In this document: positions 38,895 to 62,067 of the stretch, piece after piece
Layout of the letters: each line of letters starts with the position of its first letter
How positions within the stretch are numbered: position 1 is the stretch's first letter
DNA from: Phallusia mammillata
Taxonomy: Eukaryota
Length of the DNA: 64,000 nucleotides
Assembly (NCBI GenBank): GCA_965637545.1
Contig: OZ281494.1
Span: 16,802,001-16,866,000 of the forward strand
Direction of reading: 5' to 3'
The notes under the pieces: model-generated
What the model saw: only the letters and a program-made list of their open reading frames with translations
The model's database searches: none
Told to the model about the DNA's origin: nothing
Made by a program: the position numbers and the translations under genes

Positions 38895-39719
38895 CTGTTT
38901 ACCAACCACTTTTAAATTTCTCGAAAGCAAACGTAACAATTGTCCTATGACGTCACAAAGCAGAAGGCAATCTATGTTCCATTGAATAATACCAGCTGCC
39001 TGCATGTTGTGTTGATCGCAATCAGTTTGTGGGTTATCTCGTGGTTCAAGCATATGTAGCTGGAAAGTGTAACGTTTATTGCAATGTTAAGAAACAACAT
39101 AATGAAAGTAGCTTAGTTAGAATTTGACCACTGCTCTTTAATGACAGACGATAGGCCAGTTATTTGATGTTGCTGTAGTGATTAATTAAAATGCCCTTCC
39201 CCGTTTCAAACTAAACTAAGATATATTTGATTGTTGTACAGAACTTACTATTCTTTTGAAAGAATATTCGTGCAATGTGTTGGTATTTTACACCAGGGTA
39301 CATTACCTTCATTTTATTACAGAAGTCGCGATAAACGTTTATGATTTACAAACAAAATGATTTGTTCTACAAATCTACAACTAATGTTCAACTTCTCCCT
39401 TTTCTTATGTGAGATCAGGGGCACGCAAACAAAAGTGTTTAGTAAGTATAAGCAACTGGTGTGTCACGTGTGTGGCTGTGTGGTAAATTATTAAATAATA
39501 CTTTATAAATATAAATTACAATCTCATGGAAAAGTTTATTTCAGAATTTTATGTCCGAAAACTTTAAGAGCGTATAGGCTACGTTGGGCAGCCCTGTAGT
39601 TAGGTTGCGACCATAATATGCCAATATGAATACTTCTTTCGTGATATATTTCATTATGCGAGTAATGTACACAAAAGCACGCCAAAGCAGCAAAATTGAT
39701 TTGTGTGAGCACTTATAGG

Positions 39720-42700
39720 TCATGGGGCGCTGATAAGGCGCTCTATTTTTGAACTTCGGTAATCAGAAGGGGAAAGACACTTGTCTGTAGTTGTTTCGTC
39801 CCACAAACCCATCTGTGTAACGCACAAAGTTTTCATCAGTGTCATCAGATGGGGCCTCTGCTTGCTTAAAAGCGTGAATGAAATCTTTTGAAACCTTGGA
39901 AACTGCAGGTTGCAATTCGTGCGCTTTCTGCATTTAACTGCAAAAAATATACCGCTTAGGTTGGGGTATATGTTCTTATTCACTACTAACTGCTAGACAT
40001 CACGTAGCATAAGGACGTAGGAAAAGGTACTAACACAGGAACTCATAGTACAGCGGTTTGCTTGCTTATTGCCACTAGGTGACTTAAATTATTTTCTAAC
40101 GCAGGAATGCTGACGGTTAAGGCTGCGCTAAGCTTTTATAATAATAATGACTATAAATTCAACTAAAATTCCATTAATTAACTTGAAACTTATTTTCTAA
40201 CTCTATCCCATTTTTTTTTCTTTTTTTTTTCACGGGGTTCGAACCCAGGACTCTCCCGGGGACGAATCCCGATCAGGGTTTTTATGTCTGTATGGGTCAG
40301 GCGCGCCAGACCGTTCGGCCAAGTTCCTGCCACTCTATCCCAGTTTTTTTTTCACGGGGTTTGAACCCAGGACACTCCCGGGGACGAATCCCGATCAGGG
40401 TTTTTTAAGTCTGTATATGGGTCAGGCGCGCCAGACCATTCGGTCAAGTTCCTGCCCACTCTATCCCAGTTACACAGTTGATTTAAAAATTGCGCTTTTT
40501 ACGCCATCTATCGATAGAAATTCTCAAACCGGGGTACTGTGACTGTGAGTTCCTGCGTTAGCACTTAGTACCTCTACCAAAGACGTTTCAATTTATCATT
40601 GAAAAAAAAAAAAAAAAAAAAAACTGAGACCATGAATATTCAACAGTAAGTTTACATCCACATAATCTTACTAGGAATTGTTTTGTAACGACAGTTTGGT
40701 TTGTCATCCGTCGCATTAAAACACCAAAGACAGTTCTTCGCTTTGCATGTTGTCTCGTTTTCAGCTGCTGATGTACTGCAGTCGATTGGGATAGCGCAGT
40801 CGCTGCAACTGTTACAATTTTCACGCCCGACCAGTTCCGCTGTGCACTTCCCTGGAAAATTAGGTACAGCTACTAACACCATAGCTCACGTCAGCCGAAC
40901 ATTTAGTTAATTTTCGATACGTAGCGCAGGAGCTGAATTGTTTATTTAGCGTCTAAATAGGGGTAGGGTTGGGAAGTATAAGTTTTTGAAACATTACATT
41001 AAGAACTAAACTTTTGGGTTAGTTTCAGTAATTTTTTGCGATTTTTCTAAATGTGCGATTGACGTGAGTTATGGTGCCAGTATATTTTCCGGAAAATTAT
41101 TATTTTTAAACTCACTAATTAACTCACTACATGAACAGATTTATGTGTTGAACATAGTAGCGAATATTTTTATATGTAACTATTCAACATCTGACCTAGA
41201 TAAATTGAACCTAGAAACAAAGCTGGTGGTGGGTAGGCTGCTAAAGACTTATTAACGTTAAATAACAAAGCATTTATGTTGGTCATATTTGATTAGGTTA
41301 CGTACTAAGTTGTCTTTTCAAATAAGCAACAAATAAAAACTTAAATTTATAAACATAATTTGTAAATGTTAGTCGTACAAAACTGAAACCATATCATAGT
41401 TTTAGATACTGGGAACACGCTGAAAATTATCGAGTGACACTTATCCTACCGGCCCCCGGATGAGTGAGATGAATAATACAACGACGATTTTCGGGTACAC
41501 TTGGGCGTTTGGGACACCAATGAGCTCCACGAGTTTCACAAATTTGCTGTGTGCTTGCTTTAAGGTAGGCGTGATTTGCACAATCATCACACTCATTGCA
41601 CACTCCGCTTAACACTTCAAGACCTTGGCAAAACAAAACAGTTGGCATTTTTTCATAAGTTATAAAAGGACTTGTTAAAAACCGGTCCTACACACAAAAG
41701 AAGATTACGTTATGCGTTTTTGTATACTAAGCGAGTTAAAGTTTTGGTTTTTTAATACAGAAGCAGGATGTATGGTAGACCACTCTTTTATAAGGTAGAC
41801 CAAACGTTGCGTTTCATTGCAAGAAAGTGAAATGCGTACCTGACTTTCCTCCCTGATAGCACTTGTTATTGCACCAAAGACATCCTTCTCTATCGCATCG
41901 GTTCTTCGTTATTCTAAAAGACTTTTCGTTGGGAAGGCAGTCGACTTTCGTTGTGCAAGCGCTGCAGTTTACACACATCCTGTTCAAATCCCTCGTGGGT
42001 GTAGCTAAAAAGTAAGAAAATACACTAGGCTACTCTTAATAATTCCGCATTAAATTTATTCAACACACAAATTTAGGATTGAACAATTCTCGAGCAAGAA
42101 CAAAAGTACAAAATAAACATACAGTTTGTCGTTTATTACGATTCGTTGTAGCCTGTCGCTACCAAGATGGCTCACATTTTTTGTAAACAAAAATGTTATT
42201 GACAGAAAGGAGTCATTGTTTGTTTAAAGTTGTAAAATAAAAATAGCAAGCAATTTTGCGTGTTACTTAGGTACCTCAACTTTGATTTTACCTGTTCCTG
42301 AAGGTTTGAACAAAGTGTTATTGTAATACACGCATCTTGGTTGATCACTCACGGCATTACTTCCCAACCACAGGCATCCACGACTCTCACAAGACGCTTT
42401 GCTCGGCTGATAGGTTTTGATGTCCGGGTGGCAGTTGATCGCCACTCTGCAGTTGGTCGTTGAATGACAATATTTTGCCGCTTTAGTGACAACTGCACGA
42501 ACAAGTTCGTTTGTGTTGTTAATGCTTAACAGTTTCGTTTGTGTTGTTAATGCTTAATTGCTAACAGAAAGCTACAGCTGGCTCAAAATATTGATTTCAC
42601 TCTAAAATTCCTTGTTTTGTCCAAATTTCAGAAGCATTTTTTAGGTCAGAACGGTACAAAATTGACTGTTTTTGACCACTTCTGTTAGTTTATTTAAAAT

Positions 42701-42961
42701 TTATTGATCACTTCTTTTGTTAAAATACATGTACTAACCTGAATATGGACTTGTAGTGTTGATAAAGCACTTGGCAATCTTCGCTGCAACGTTGGAGCAC
42801 CAAACACAACCAACAGCTTCACAGTTAGCTTGAGTGTTGGGCCGAACGTTGCAATCTATTCTTTCTGTGTCGGTAATTGTAGTGGGGCATGTTTGACTAA
42901 ACGTCTGGTAAGCATTAAATGAAACTACAACTAACACTAAAAGTATTGTTTTCTGATTCAT
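39720..42961 (-). CDS. Secreted protein with six trefoil(P-type)/PSI-like cysteine domains, 6 exons, about 386 aa
   Basis: Signal MNQKTILLVLVVVSFNAYQTFS. Exons 42961-42739, 42492-42292, 42004-41840, 41623-41450, 40851-40672 and 39937-39720 are joined by phase-1 introns. Each carries one domain of the type C..R(I/V)DC....C...GCxW(C)....C(F/Y), e.g. ERIDCNVRPNTQANCEAVGCVWCS..KCF and AINCHP..KASCESRGCLW..PRCVY. Confidence 0.85.
40200..40468 (-). mobile_element. Tandem dimer of a tRNA-derived SINE-like element with an A-rich tail
   Basis: Each unit of about 120 bp reads gcaggaacttggccgaacggtc (A-box-like)...gggttcgaacccc (B box) gtg(A)n on the minus strand. The 11-bp actctatccca occurs three times (40200, 40332, 40458). 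A related fragment lies at 43900-43975. Confidence 0.75.
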
Positions 42962-44384
42962 AGCTACAATTTTACCCCAACCTAAAATGTGTGCTGAAAT
43001 GACGCAACAAGTCGTTTGAACACCTGAGCTAGTTGTACAAATGTAAATGTTAGTTGTACAAATGCTTAACTGTAACTCCTAATGCATTTTGTGTCCGAAA
43101 ATGCACAAATTTGTATCTACTGTTCTGCTGACTTCGAAAATCATTGATTCTGTTATTTCGTACTTCCTCAAACAAAGCAAATTACATAATTTTATTGTCA
43201 GGTGTATATTCACCACATAGGTAAAAAACGATTTAATCGGTTACCTCACAAGCATTTTCACAAAAAATCTAAAGCATTTCAGGAAATGAAAAATACATGA
43301 GAACCACTGACGTATCCTTCCGTTACAAACCGTTTCGTATGAGAATCCAAATGAACTTGTTTTAAGCGACCTGGATATATATGAACCTTTCAGGTTGCGT
43401 GGGAACCGGGCGCATCGGACATGTCATTTTGTTGGTCTGATCATTGATCAGTATGAATACGTTGGCATGACAACTTTAGGCCACTGTTGCATCTTTTCGC
43501 TGAAATAAAATTATCCACATAAACAAAACTAAGTCATCTGCAGAAAACCATTGGCCTACATCTTATGTGGCAAAGTGTTTTAAGCACCAAATTAAAAAAA
43601 AAATATTATTTGCAACAGTAGTTCAAAACCCACCACCAATTAAGTAAACAAGACATTTTATTATAGCCTACATCTCCTGGGACGATGCTGTAGCCTACTG
43701 CTGCTTCAAAGACTTTGGTGTTCAGGAGTTATATGGAACACCATGGTTGGGTTAACCCTGGAGCCTATTCGTCAAATAACGTTTATAGTTATCAAAGGTA
43801 GAAAGAACGTACATTCTTAAAGTAAACATTTTTAAATGTTGATGGGCCCACATATTTTTAAATGTTGATGGTCTTAATATTAAAGTTGTAATTTTTACGG
43901 GATTTGAATTTAGGACGCTCCCGGTTTTATGTCTATTTATTGCTTATAGGTGCGCGACCATTCGGCCAAGTTGCTACCCTTGACGTTGTAATTATGCTGC
44001 AAAATTATGTAGGCTTTTGTCACAAGGGCCACTTAGCGGAGTGTTTTGAGAAAAGTTAATTCAGAATGACAATGTTGTAATTTATCTATGAAGGAGAGTC
44101 GTTGAATCGTTATTTCACTGGTAAACACGGGTAGGCTACCAGTCCGTGAGAACGTTATGTTGGCTGAACACAGGGAACACGATATGAGGTGCGTGGATGT
44201 CATGAACAACTATTACCTGTAGGTGGAAGCACTTAATAAAAAAAACGTGGCTTTTATTAAATCATTGCCGCGTAAATAAAAAATTCTGTTGGACGCACCA
44301 GGCAAGCATATTTTATTGTGCGCCGGGCTTCTAAATAATGTTCGTCTTAAACCGCTCAAAGTTTGCCTGTTATATGGGTATAGG

Positions 44385-53921
<9,537 letters not shown>

Positions 53922-54061
53922 GTGCAAGAACTTTACCAGTCTTTCTTTATTAGCAGCATTTTTCGGCTTAAATCTTTTAGATAAATCATATGCTTCTCAG
54001 TCTGAATCACAGTACCCCAGACCTATTAAAAGGGTGATTCGGCCGGTTTTCCACATAGCAT

Positions 54062-57000
54062 TCACCACCATATGGCAAGCCGTATACGGCCTATAGGATA
54101 GAAAAATCTAGCCTGCAATGGGTTTCGAACCCTCGACAGGAATCCTTCCGGAAACTCGCGCTCAGTCTGCGTATTTACGTACCTCTACAGTCTCCTTTAA
54201 AACCAGTTTCATTGACACTGAGACTTCGAAAGCCTGTGCGACATTTACAAAAATATCCACCAGGGTTATTCAGGCACTTCGCGTTTTCGTCACAGTTATG
54301 CAAGTTGTTGGTACATTCGTCGATATCTGGTAAAAAGAGGGAAGAGGAATTGTGTTGTTATGCTCGATATTAAAGGCAGTTAAAACAAAATATAGTACGC
54401 AACGATCCCGCCTGAAGATATCGGTCAAAAGGTCAAGTATTTTGGTCACCGCTTTAGTTTATCGAAGTCGCAGTTATGAAACTTGAAGTATAGCCTATAT
54501 TCAACTGAAGCTTTCAGTATACTTGAATCAGTCTGCGTTTTCGGTTATGCAATGTGATAAAAAAATGATGTTCAAATCCAAACAAGAGATGAAAGTTAAC
54601 AATTTATGAAAAAGATTAAAAAGGATAAAAAGACGATCATAACACAAGTTTCGGCAACTATATAAGTCCTCTAAGCCACGTACCAAAAAAACGACACGAA
54701 AGAAGCGAGGTGGAAGAAAAGCGAGTCCTCTAAGCCACGTACAAAAAAACGACACGAAAGAAGCGAGGTGGAAGAAAAGCGATAAGATAAACGCGTGAAA
54801 GTATAGATTTTACTTCGACCGGATTTTCAAACTAGTACGCCTCAAACAAAAACTTAAGTGGCATTCGGTCAAAATATTTGCGGTTAACCCAAACTTTGGC
54901 CTACCATTAGTTTATACGTTTTTATTAATTTCTGATGCGAATTTTTATCATTAGAGCAAAGTCAATATTTTTGCTCACTTGAATCAAACTAAGCGTTAAA
55001 TGATGCTTTTAAACAAATACTACAGTGTCCCATTACCTTGGCAAGAGCCCTTGATCTCATTATAGCCTTTCTTGCATGTGCAGTTATACGATCCAAATGT
55101 GTTCACACAATCTGTCGTGTCAGTTTCGCAAGAGTGCGTTCCGTCTGTACACTCGTCAGTATCTAACAAACAGCACAATAGAGTTAAAGGAATATTGTAA
55201 TTTTAACATTAACTGCTATTACCTATTCGATGGTAACATTACAATGTAACCTGTATGAATACGCGGCCATTTGTTATCATCTACATAACGTAAAATTATT
55301 TTGTAGTTGTTGCCCGTATTCATTGCTTAACCATTACCGATGGTACGAATTTGATCCGAGAATTGTGGCTTGTAGTTGTGGAAAAAAACAAAATAAAAAA
55401 AAACGTTTATCGTGTGAAACCATACCTTCACAGCGGACAAACGTCCCATTTTCATCCCGTATCTCTTTGACTCCCTGCAGACAAGTACAGCGAAATGATC
55501 CGTCCCTCATCGAACAGAAAGCTCTGTCCGATTCCGCCCCGCACCTTTCTGATTCTTTTCGGCACCACTTGTACATTCGCGGTGAGCAATCTTTCTGCGT
55601 ACAGGGTTTAACCTGCAAAACGATACATGTCTTGAATGCAATCCCACAATAGTAAGTCGCGATTTATTATAGGCCGTTTATCTTTGTAGAGCAATTTTTG
55701 GAGCAGGTATCGTTATTTTTTACAAGCAGTGTGTAAACAGTCAATTGTAACACGCGATTATGCAATAGACGTTTGCTATTTTGGGAGGTCGATGTCAATT
55801 GTTCGCGAGTGCGGGGCACAATAATAAAGTACATGATGAATAATTTAATCATTCCGAGCCGCCATCACATGCATGTATTACGTTGAAAAGGCAAGAATTA
55901 GAAAAGAGATTAACGTCAGAGGGGCAGTTCGTGCGCGTAAGTTTATTCCTGTAGCTTAGATAACACAAAATATAATCCTAGATCGATGTCATAACTTTAA
56001 TGCAAATTACTAGTGACGAAGTGAATTAACACCAAACATAATTGTAAATATTGCTTAAGTGGAAAATTCGAGTAACGTAACATTTTCCTGGAGGTCAAGT
56101 CTTTTAAGTAAGAACGTTTTTCAACAAGTTTGATTTTACGTGACCTGGATATGTGTCCCCAATTTAGACAACGTAAATATTCACCTGTGGATTGAAAGCT
56201 TTATGACAGCGTAATAAAGTGATAAAAAAACGGCCTGACAACAACAGATACGTAGTTTTTGCTATATTGTTAATCCAAACATTTACAAACGCACTTGTAC
56301 ATTTACACATAATCAAATACATAGACATTGTTTATTTGTTAGCTATCAACCAAGTTTACATACCTCCATCATATCACCTTGACACATTAAACCCTTTTTT
56401 GTAGGCTTCGGATTATCACAAGCCCTAATCCTTATTTGTCTTCCGTCATCGCATGTTGATGTACAGTTGCTCCAACTGCCCCACGAACCCCAATTCCCGT
56501 TTGCTACGAATTTCAAAGCATAGGGAACCAAATTTAATCTTTTGTTAGCGATCTGTATGTCACTAAACCAGCTTTTGTAAAACAGACAGTTCAAGCTAAA
56601 GTGAGAATTTACGGTTTTAAAAACTCAGTAGATATATTTTGTAATTATTGCATGCTTGCTTGGTTTGTAACTTGATTAAAACTCACCGTTTGAATGATGT
56701 TCTAATTAATATTGTTTAAACTGCAGGCAGTTGCAATTTTTAACAGTTTTAAAATCAAAAATTGCAATGTATCATTATATTTTTTGTACATTATTATTTT
56801 TTGCGTAACTGTGACCTTAGTGCATTCCCGTACCTTCGTCACACAAACCTCCTAGGTAACCTGGGCGGCAACGACATTCAAAGCTTGGATCGGATTCCTG
56901 ACATATGCCACCATTTTCACAAGGTCTGTTTTCATCGATACAGTTCTCCGCATCTGCGAAATAATTTTGGAAAAGATTCTTATATTCTGACGGTGAATTA

Positions 57001-57342
57001 GTTTCAAACCATCTTTCTATATTTTTACAATTTTGCAAGTAACATATTACCTTACATTTAATACATTTGCTACATTTAATACAAGAAAATGTTTCAATCT
57101 TAAAATATATTTCAACCAAACATTATTTAAACTTTATTTTGTAATATGGCCCAGTTTACACCAACACAAACCTTCGCAAACCAGGGGTTCTCCTGTCCAT
57201 GTATTTGTTGTCAAACTACAGAAGAGTGTCGTATTGCCGGTTGTGTTGGTATAATGCGGCATACATTTGTAATCAACTTTTGACCCATCGTCGGAAAGCA
57301 TAGAAACAGATTTTTTGCCTTCTGGGGGATAACCACAACGAG
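54062..57342 (-). CDS. Sushi-EGF-TSP1-EGF-cbEGF-cbEGF exon series: either a separate secreted gene or the 5-prime part of the mucin gene; start not found
   Basis: Sushi CGYPP..KCMPHY..FCSLTTNTWTGEPLVCE (57342-57180); EGF CENGGICQESDPSFECRCRPGYLGGLC; TSP1 WGSWGSWSNCTSTCDDGRQIRIRACDNP; EGF at about 55.43-55.61 kb; DTDECTDGTHSC at about 55.04-55.16 kb; DIDECTNNLHNCDENAKCLN at about 54.18-54.33 kb. All are phase-1 exons. Confidence 0.85.
54665..54782. repeat. Two-copy tandem repeat of about 59 bp in an intron
   Basis: agtcctctaagccacgtac(c)aaaaaaacgacacgaaagaagcgaggtggaagaaaagcg twice. Confidence 0.9.
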
Positions 57343-59311
57343 CTGCCACAAAATTGGGAAGAAGTTTTAAAAACAAAAACTTGAAATAACATTTACATTT
57401 TGACAGCAGATCAAATGCAAAAAAACGAGTCTAATTTTTAATTGCGAAATATATTTTATGCATTCAAAAACAATAATCAAATTAGTAGTAATTGAAATAT
57501 TTGCTGAAACTACTTACTAGTTTGCTGCCTCGAAGACACATCGTGCACAACACATAAAAATGCAAATGTTGCCCAAATAAACCGAACTAATATAAATCTC
57601 AAATGCATTTTGTAAAACGTTAAAATCTTAACTGATTAAAAACTGTTAATAAATTGTGCGAAATTAAAAACAGAATAGGTGATCCATAATGACCTATTCT
57701 GCAAAAACAAAACTTGCAAATTCACCATCTAGAACTGTGAGCATTTATGTTATGACAGTTGCACAAAAAGAAACGCTCGTAAAACGTTCTTGCAAGATCA
57801 AGTGTCGATTCGAGGAAACTAGAACTTACATTAATCATTTATAGCATTCGTTGCGGTTTGAGGTACTGGACGTGCAGTACATGCTTGTAAAGTGTACCTG
57901 TCACTCCATGTCGGTTTAAATTTAATGAGATGCTCACGAAGACGTATGAGGATCACAGCTGCATGTCACTAAAGCACACATGTGAACAAAATTTAAAGTG
58001 AATTGGCTCGTTGACAATTTTCCGTGAATCAAATATGACGATATATCCATTAAACCTACTTTCAAATTCGGAAACAATCTTTCAAATATAATGTTTCGTA
58101 ATACATTACGAACTATAGTTTGTTTGAAGCATTCGAAGTCCGTTTATTTGTCAATGTTTCTGTAAAAGTCAATTATCGCGTGTTTGCTAGGTTTCTGCTT
58201 GTTCCTGACAAATGAAAAGAAACTGGTGTAATTTGAAAATGTGGTGCGATTATTGTCGATAGACAGCAAATGCCGCCTGCACCATTGTTAGGCAAGTCTC
58301 GTATTCAAAAATCAAAATTGTGATTTCATCGTCCTAACACAGTAAACACCAATAACGAAACCTGAAGTATTAAGTTATTAGAAATTGTCAGACCCCATCA
58401 GATTGAAGTGAATTAGAGGTTACGATTTTCTAATACACCAACGCTACTGCTAAGAGTCTCCAACACAGGTGATGTAAGAACAGAGTTACTGTAGTGTTTA
58501 TCCGCAATTTGTACCTTTTACCTAGGAAAAAATATTATCCGAACTACATCTTTTGGGGTTACCGTAACTTGACGTATTTGTGGTAAAACGTCCTCCTCCT
58601 TTATCTGCGACAGATGTCGAATGTTCAACATAACGCATTTTATTTTAAACTTCTAGTAGATTCTTTGTGACTTTCATAATGTCTTGTGGAAGCAAATAAA
58701 CAAGAATGGCGATCGGTTTCGTTAGAACTGGTTTTCGTTAAAGCAAATATGTTGAACACCGGAAGGCCCGGCATTTTCACGTTGAGAAACAAGAGGATGT
58801 GTCAACGTTTATTATATGTCGCATCTACACTCTGTTGGCTACAGCCCACATGCCTACTCTCACTATTTTATAATACAAAAGCACATTTTCAAGCGTTGAA
58901 TATAAACAACAAGTTTATCTCGAGATGCTATAGAGATAGCTTGTAATAATATTGAATCTCTTGCTTTACAGGCTAGCGTTTTTGTTCATAATGTTTTGTA
59001 AGCAGCCCACTCACCCTATGTGCTTGTTTGTTTCTCCTCTTTTCAATCAGCCAAAATCATGAACAAACAAACGAGTAGTAAAACAAAGCAGCTACGATAA
59101 CTTCAACACAGAATTATAATAACCAATATTAACTTCAAATAAAGAAAAATAATGTTTTGTTTCATTTATTGCTGTTATACTCCTGATAATAAACACGAGA
59201 AAAAAAACAGAATGCAATTTAAGTACAAGTGAAATTATTGCGTGGCTATGAAACAACGAGGAACTTTGTAGCATGACGATCGATGAACAAGAATAAGACA
59301 GTTTATGAAAT

Positions 59312-60340
59312 TTAGCAACAATTCTTTGCATAGCCAAGCTTGTTCATTTCCCTGGCAAGCTGACAAGCAGTGCAAGGACCACAGAAAGTAGTTACGCAAA
59401 AATCGTTACACATGTCGCCCTGGAAAATCAAAAGTAACAAATAGTTTAACCACACGATGGAAAAAATGATTAGTCGCGTTTCAAGTTTCATAAAAATATA
59501 GGTAGAATATGTGATCTAAAAGAATTCATTGTTTTTTTACAGGTTTCTCGTTGCGACTGGTTGTTGTTTCTTTTGACTTTAAGTCCGGTGGTTCTTAACC
59601 TTTTTGCCTTTGCGGACCCTTTTTGATAGTGTAATTACACTGTAATCTAATTGCGGACCTCTTTGAGTTTTAAATATTTTTGTCATTTTTTCATTGACAA
59701 ACCACCAAAACATGGTGGATAAATAGCAACCACGTTCGGCTCAGGAACAAAAGTTCAATCCCTTTGTTTGGTTTGCGACGTCGGGAATCAACGAAAAAGA
59801 CATGTTGCATTGTGATGTTACGTTGTTTGTCACTAACCATTTACGTCGGTTGCATCACAATGAGTTTTAAATGTTACAATGCATTTTGGTTTGTCGCCTT
59901 TGAAGAATAATTTTAAACAAGTTTCATTCTATTTTAAAGCGCCGAACCGTTTTTATCAATCTCGTTGTGCGCGAATTAAGAAGTTGTCCCGGACCCCCTG
60001 GAGCCTCTTTGCTTACCCCTAGAAGTCCGCGGACCCCCGGTTGAGAACCACTAACTTAGTTCAAAAGTTTAGAACTATTGTTTATGGCGTAAACTGGGTT
60101 TTGTAACGTTTTCGAGTATAATTTCTCGAAAAGCTTGTAAAATTTGAAGGTTTCAGCATTTAGTGCTGTAGCCATCACCCATTTCTGAAGGTGGATAAAT
60201 CTCACCGCAATGTTGTGGCGTTCCCTGAAGACACTTCGCATCGGCCACAGACCAGGCAATAAGCAGCCAACGCAACACTTTTCCCCCATACGTGACGCCA
60301 TATTTCCAAGGTAAAAATTAGCAAACAAAAAAACGCAACA
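59312..60340 (-). CDS. PLAC8/cornifelin-family Cys-rich protein (last two exons; first exon not located)
   Basis: ...NMASRMGEKCCVGCLLPGLWPMRSVFRERHNIA|GDMCNDFCVTTFCGPCTACQLAREMNKLGYAKNCC* (last exon 59419-59312) matches the PLAC8 pattern MR..yR.ry.I.G..C.D....cC..C..CQ..RE. Confidence 0.88.
59586..60053. mobile_element. hAT-type MITE in PLAC8 intron
   Basis: TIR cggtggttcttaacc...ggttgagaaccacta with gcggaccc subterminal repeats; TSD not cleanly preserved. Confidence 0.7.
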
Positions 60341-61187
60341 CCCTAAACAGCATATTACATACTGCATAGTAAAAATGAGTGTATATAAAACACAAACAAG
60401 TTTTTCTAAAAGTTTTAATTTTTTTGTGTTTCCAACTTAGACGCCACAACAGCACATTTAATAGCAGAAGCTATTTTCGCGTGAAAAACGCTCATGTATA
60501 AAGTTATTAACATTTGAATATCCAAGTTGTTTGTCCTTTAAAAACAATAAAGGAATATATATTTCGCCTATGTGGCATCATCAGTTCCTGTAATCGAAAT
60601 ACAAATCGATATAAAAATGAGTGCTAAAACAAACACGCTAAAATGAATGAAATAAACTCAAAGCAGTAAAACAGTATAACAAAGAAACACAGGGGATGCT
60701 GTTACTAATTGCCAAAGCTAACTGCACCAACCTCAAAACAAAACAAAACAAGCGCAACTCTGGGCACCGCATGCAGGGAGATAACAACAGCGGTGAGTGC
60801 CGATGGAGTTTTGCCGTACTCGAGGCAGGACCATTTCCTGAATATTTATTTTGGTCTAATATCCTTTGCCATTTGGCCTCGCACATGTCTAAATTTTCTT
60901 TTTTAGGGCTTTCCACAAAGGTTATGCAGAAACAAGTGGCGATGTCGGGTTTCCTTTTTAAAATATGAATGTGTTTGCTTGCGTAATGTCGCAGTAAGGC
61001 TGCTTTGTCATTCTTTTCTGTGTAATTAAAGGAAATTTAAACGGAATAAGAATACATATACTTACTAAAATTTTGTTAAACACAAAACACTTTTCTCGTT
61101 CATTACCAATACGTTTAAAAATACAAAACAAAAATCTTTGATATATTGGTTCAAACCTGCTCCATTGGTATTAGGTATTCCCTATGT

Positions 61188-62067
61188 CAGGGGTGGCCAA
61201 CCCGCGGCTCGCGAGCCGCATGCGGCTCTTTGCCTGGTGTTTTGTGGCTCTTACGTTGCTGTCGAAGTTTGGGACCCGCCGTTAATTTTGGTTAGTTTGT
61301 GGCGATCTGGTACAAACTCGGTAAATATAAAGTAAACCTATTACAATTTTGCTTTTGAACAAACTTACTATCGGTATGGCCACAAACCTTGCCTTGAAAC
61401 TGTAACCTGGCAAATGGCCTGATTATGACGACAAATATCCAATTGTTGAACAATCAATGATTGCTCATTGTTGCGTACAATGCGAATGAGACACAAAGCA
61501 GCAGCAATATTTACAGCACCGTTTTCCAAAATAAACAATGCTTTAATCCGTTGTTTTTCGGGTTTTGACCAACGTTAAATTTTATGGACAGTTTTTCTTC
61601 TGGTCTTGGGTCTGAATTGGGCGATTTTTGGTGTTGCATGCATTAATGACGTCGCATTGAACTTCGTTTCCGCACCTTGCATTTTCGTAAAACTCGACGC
61701 CTAAGCTTGGGACGCATGCGCGTTAGATGAAAATACCGCAAAGTTTCTCATCAGGGACGATCTTTTGAGCAAACAATTTCTATTGAGTTAGCCTTCAAAA
61801 TGGCAAAGAAAAAATATTCTAGTACCAAACCAGACATGAATCTCATCGCACGTTTTTGTTTATGCAATTCGTTCAGTTGAGTGTTTGTGTGTATCAGACA
61901 GTGTCAACCATTTACTGTCGAAAATGCCTGGATCGTGGTCTGTACGAGCGAAATTGTGTGTGTGAGTATAATGTGGCTCTTTGTGGTAAGCTAATTAAAA
62001 ATGTGGCTCTTTGTGGTAATATCGTAAAAAATGTGGCTCTTTGTCTTTGACCGGTTGGCCACCCCTG
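61188..62067. mobile_element. hAT-type non-autonomous element (880 bp)
   Basis: TIR caggggtggccaacc...ggttggccacccctg; exact TSD ccctatgt (61180-61187, 62068-62075); aatgtggctctttgt three times near the right end. Confidence 0.92.

Noticed and set aside
43250-43790. Exon-like pieces with trefoil-like words (APGLTQPWCS, AWEPG..FCW)
   Set aside because: All frames close quickly and no consistent splice chain could be built.
54100-54180. ggttcgaaaccc B-box-like sequence followed by TTTTT on the minus strand
   Set aside because: It lies in a 90-nt intron, has no cloverleaf or A box, and the apparent 5-prime part is EGF coding sequence; at most a SINE scrap.
57850-58950. Candidate first exons of the Sushi/EGF gene
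   Set aside because: Several short phase-compatible pieces exist, but none gives a convincing Met plus signal peptide.
60859-60867. ATATCCTTT, a perfect U12 AT-AC donor on plus (similar at 11179 and 43312)
   Set aside because: No plus-strand gene or U12 branch site supports it; expected by chance in 64 kb of AT-rich DNA.
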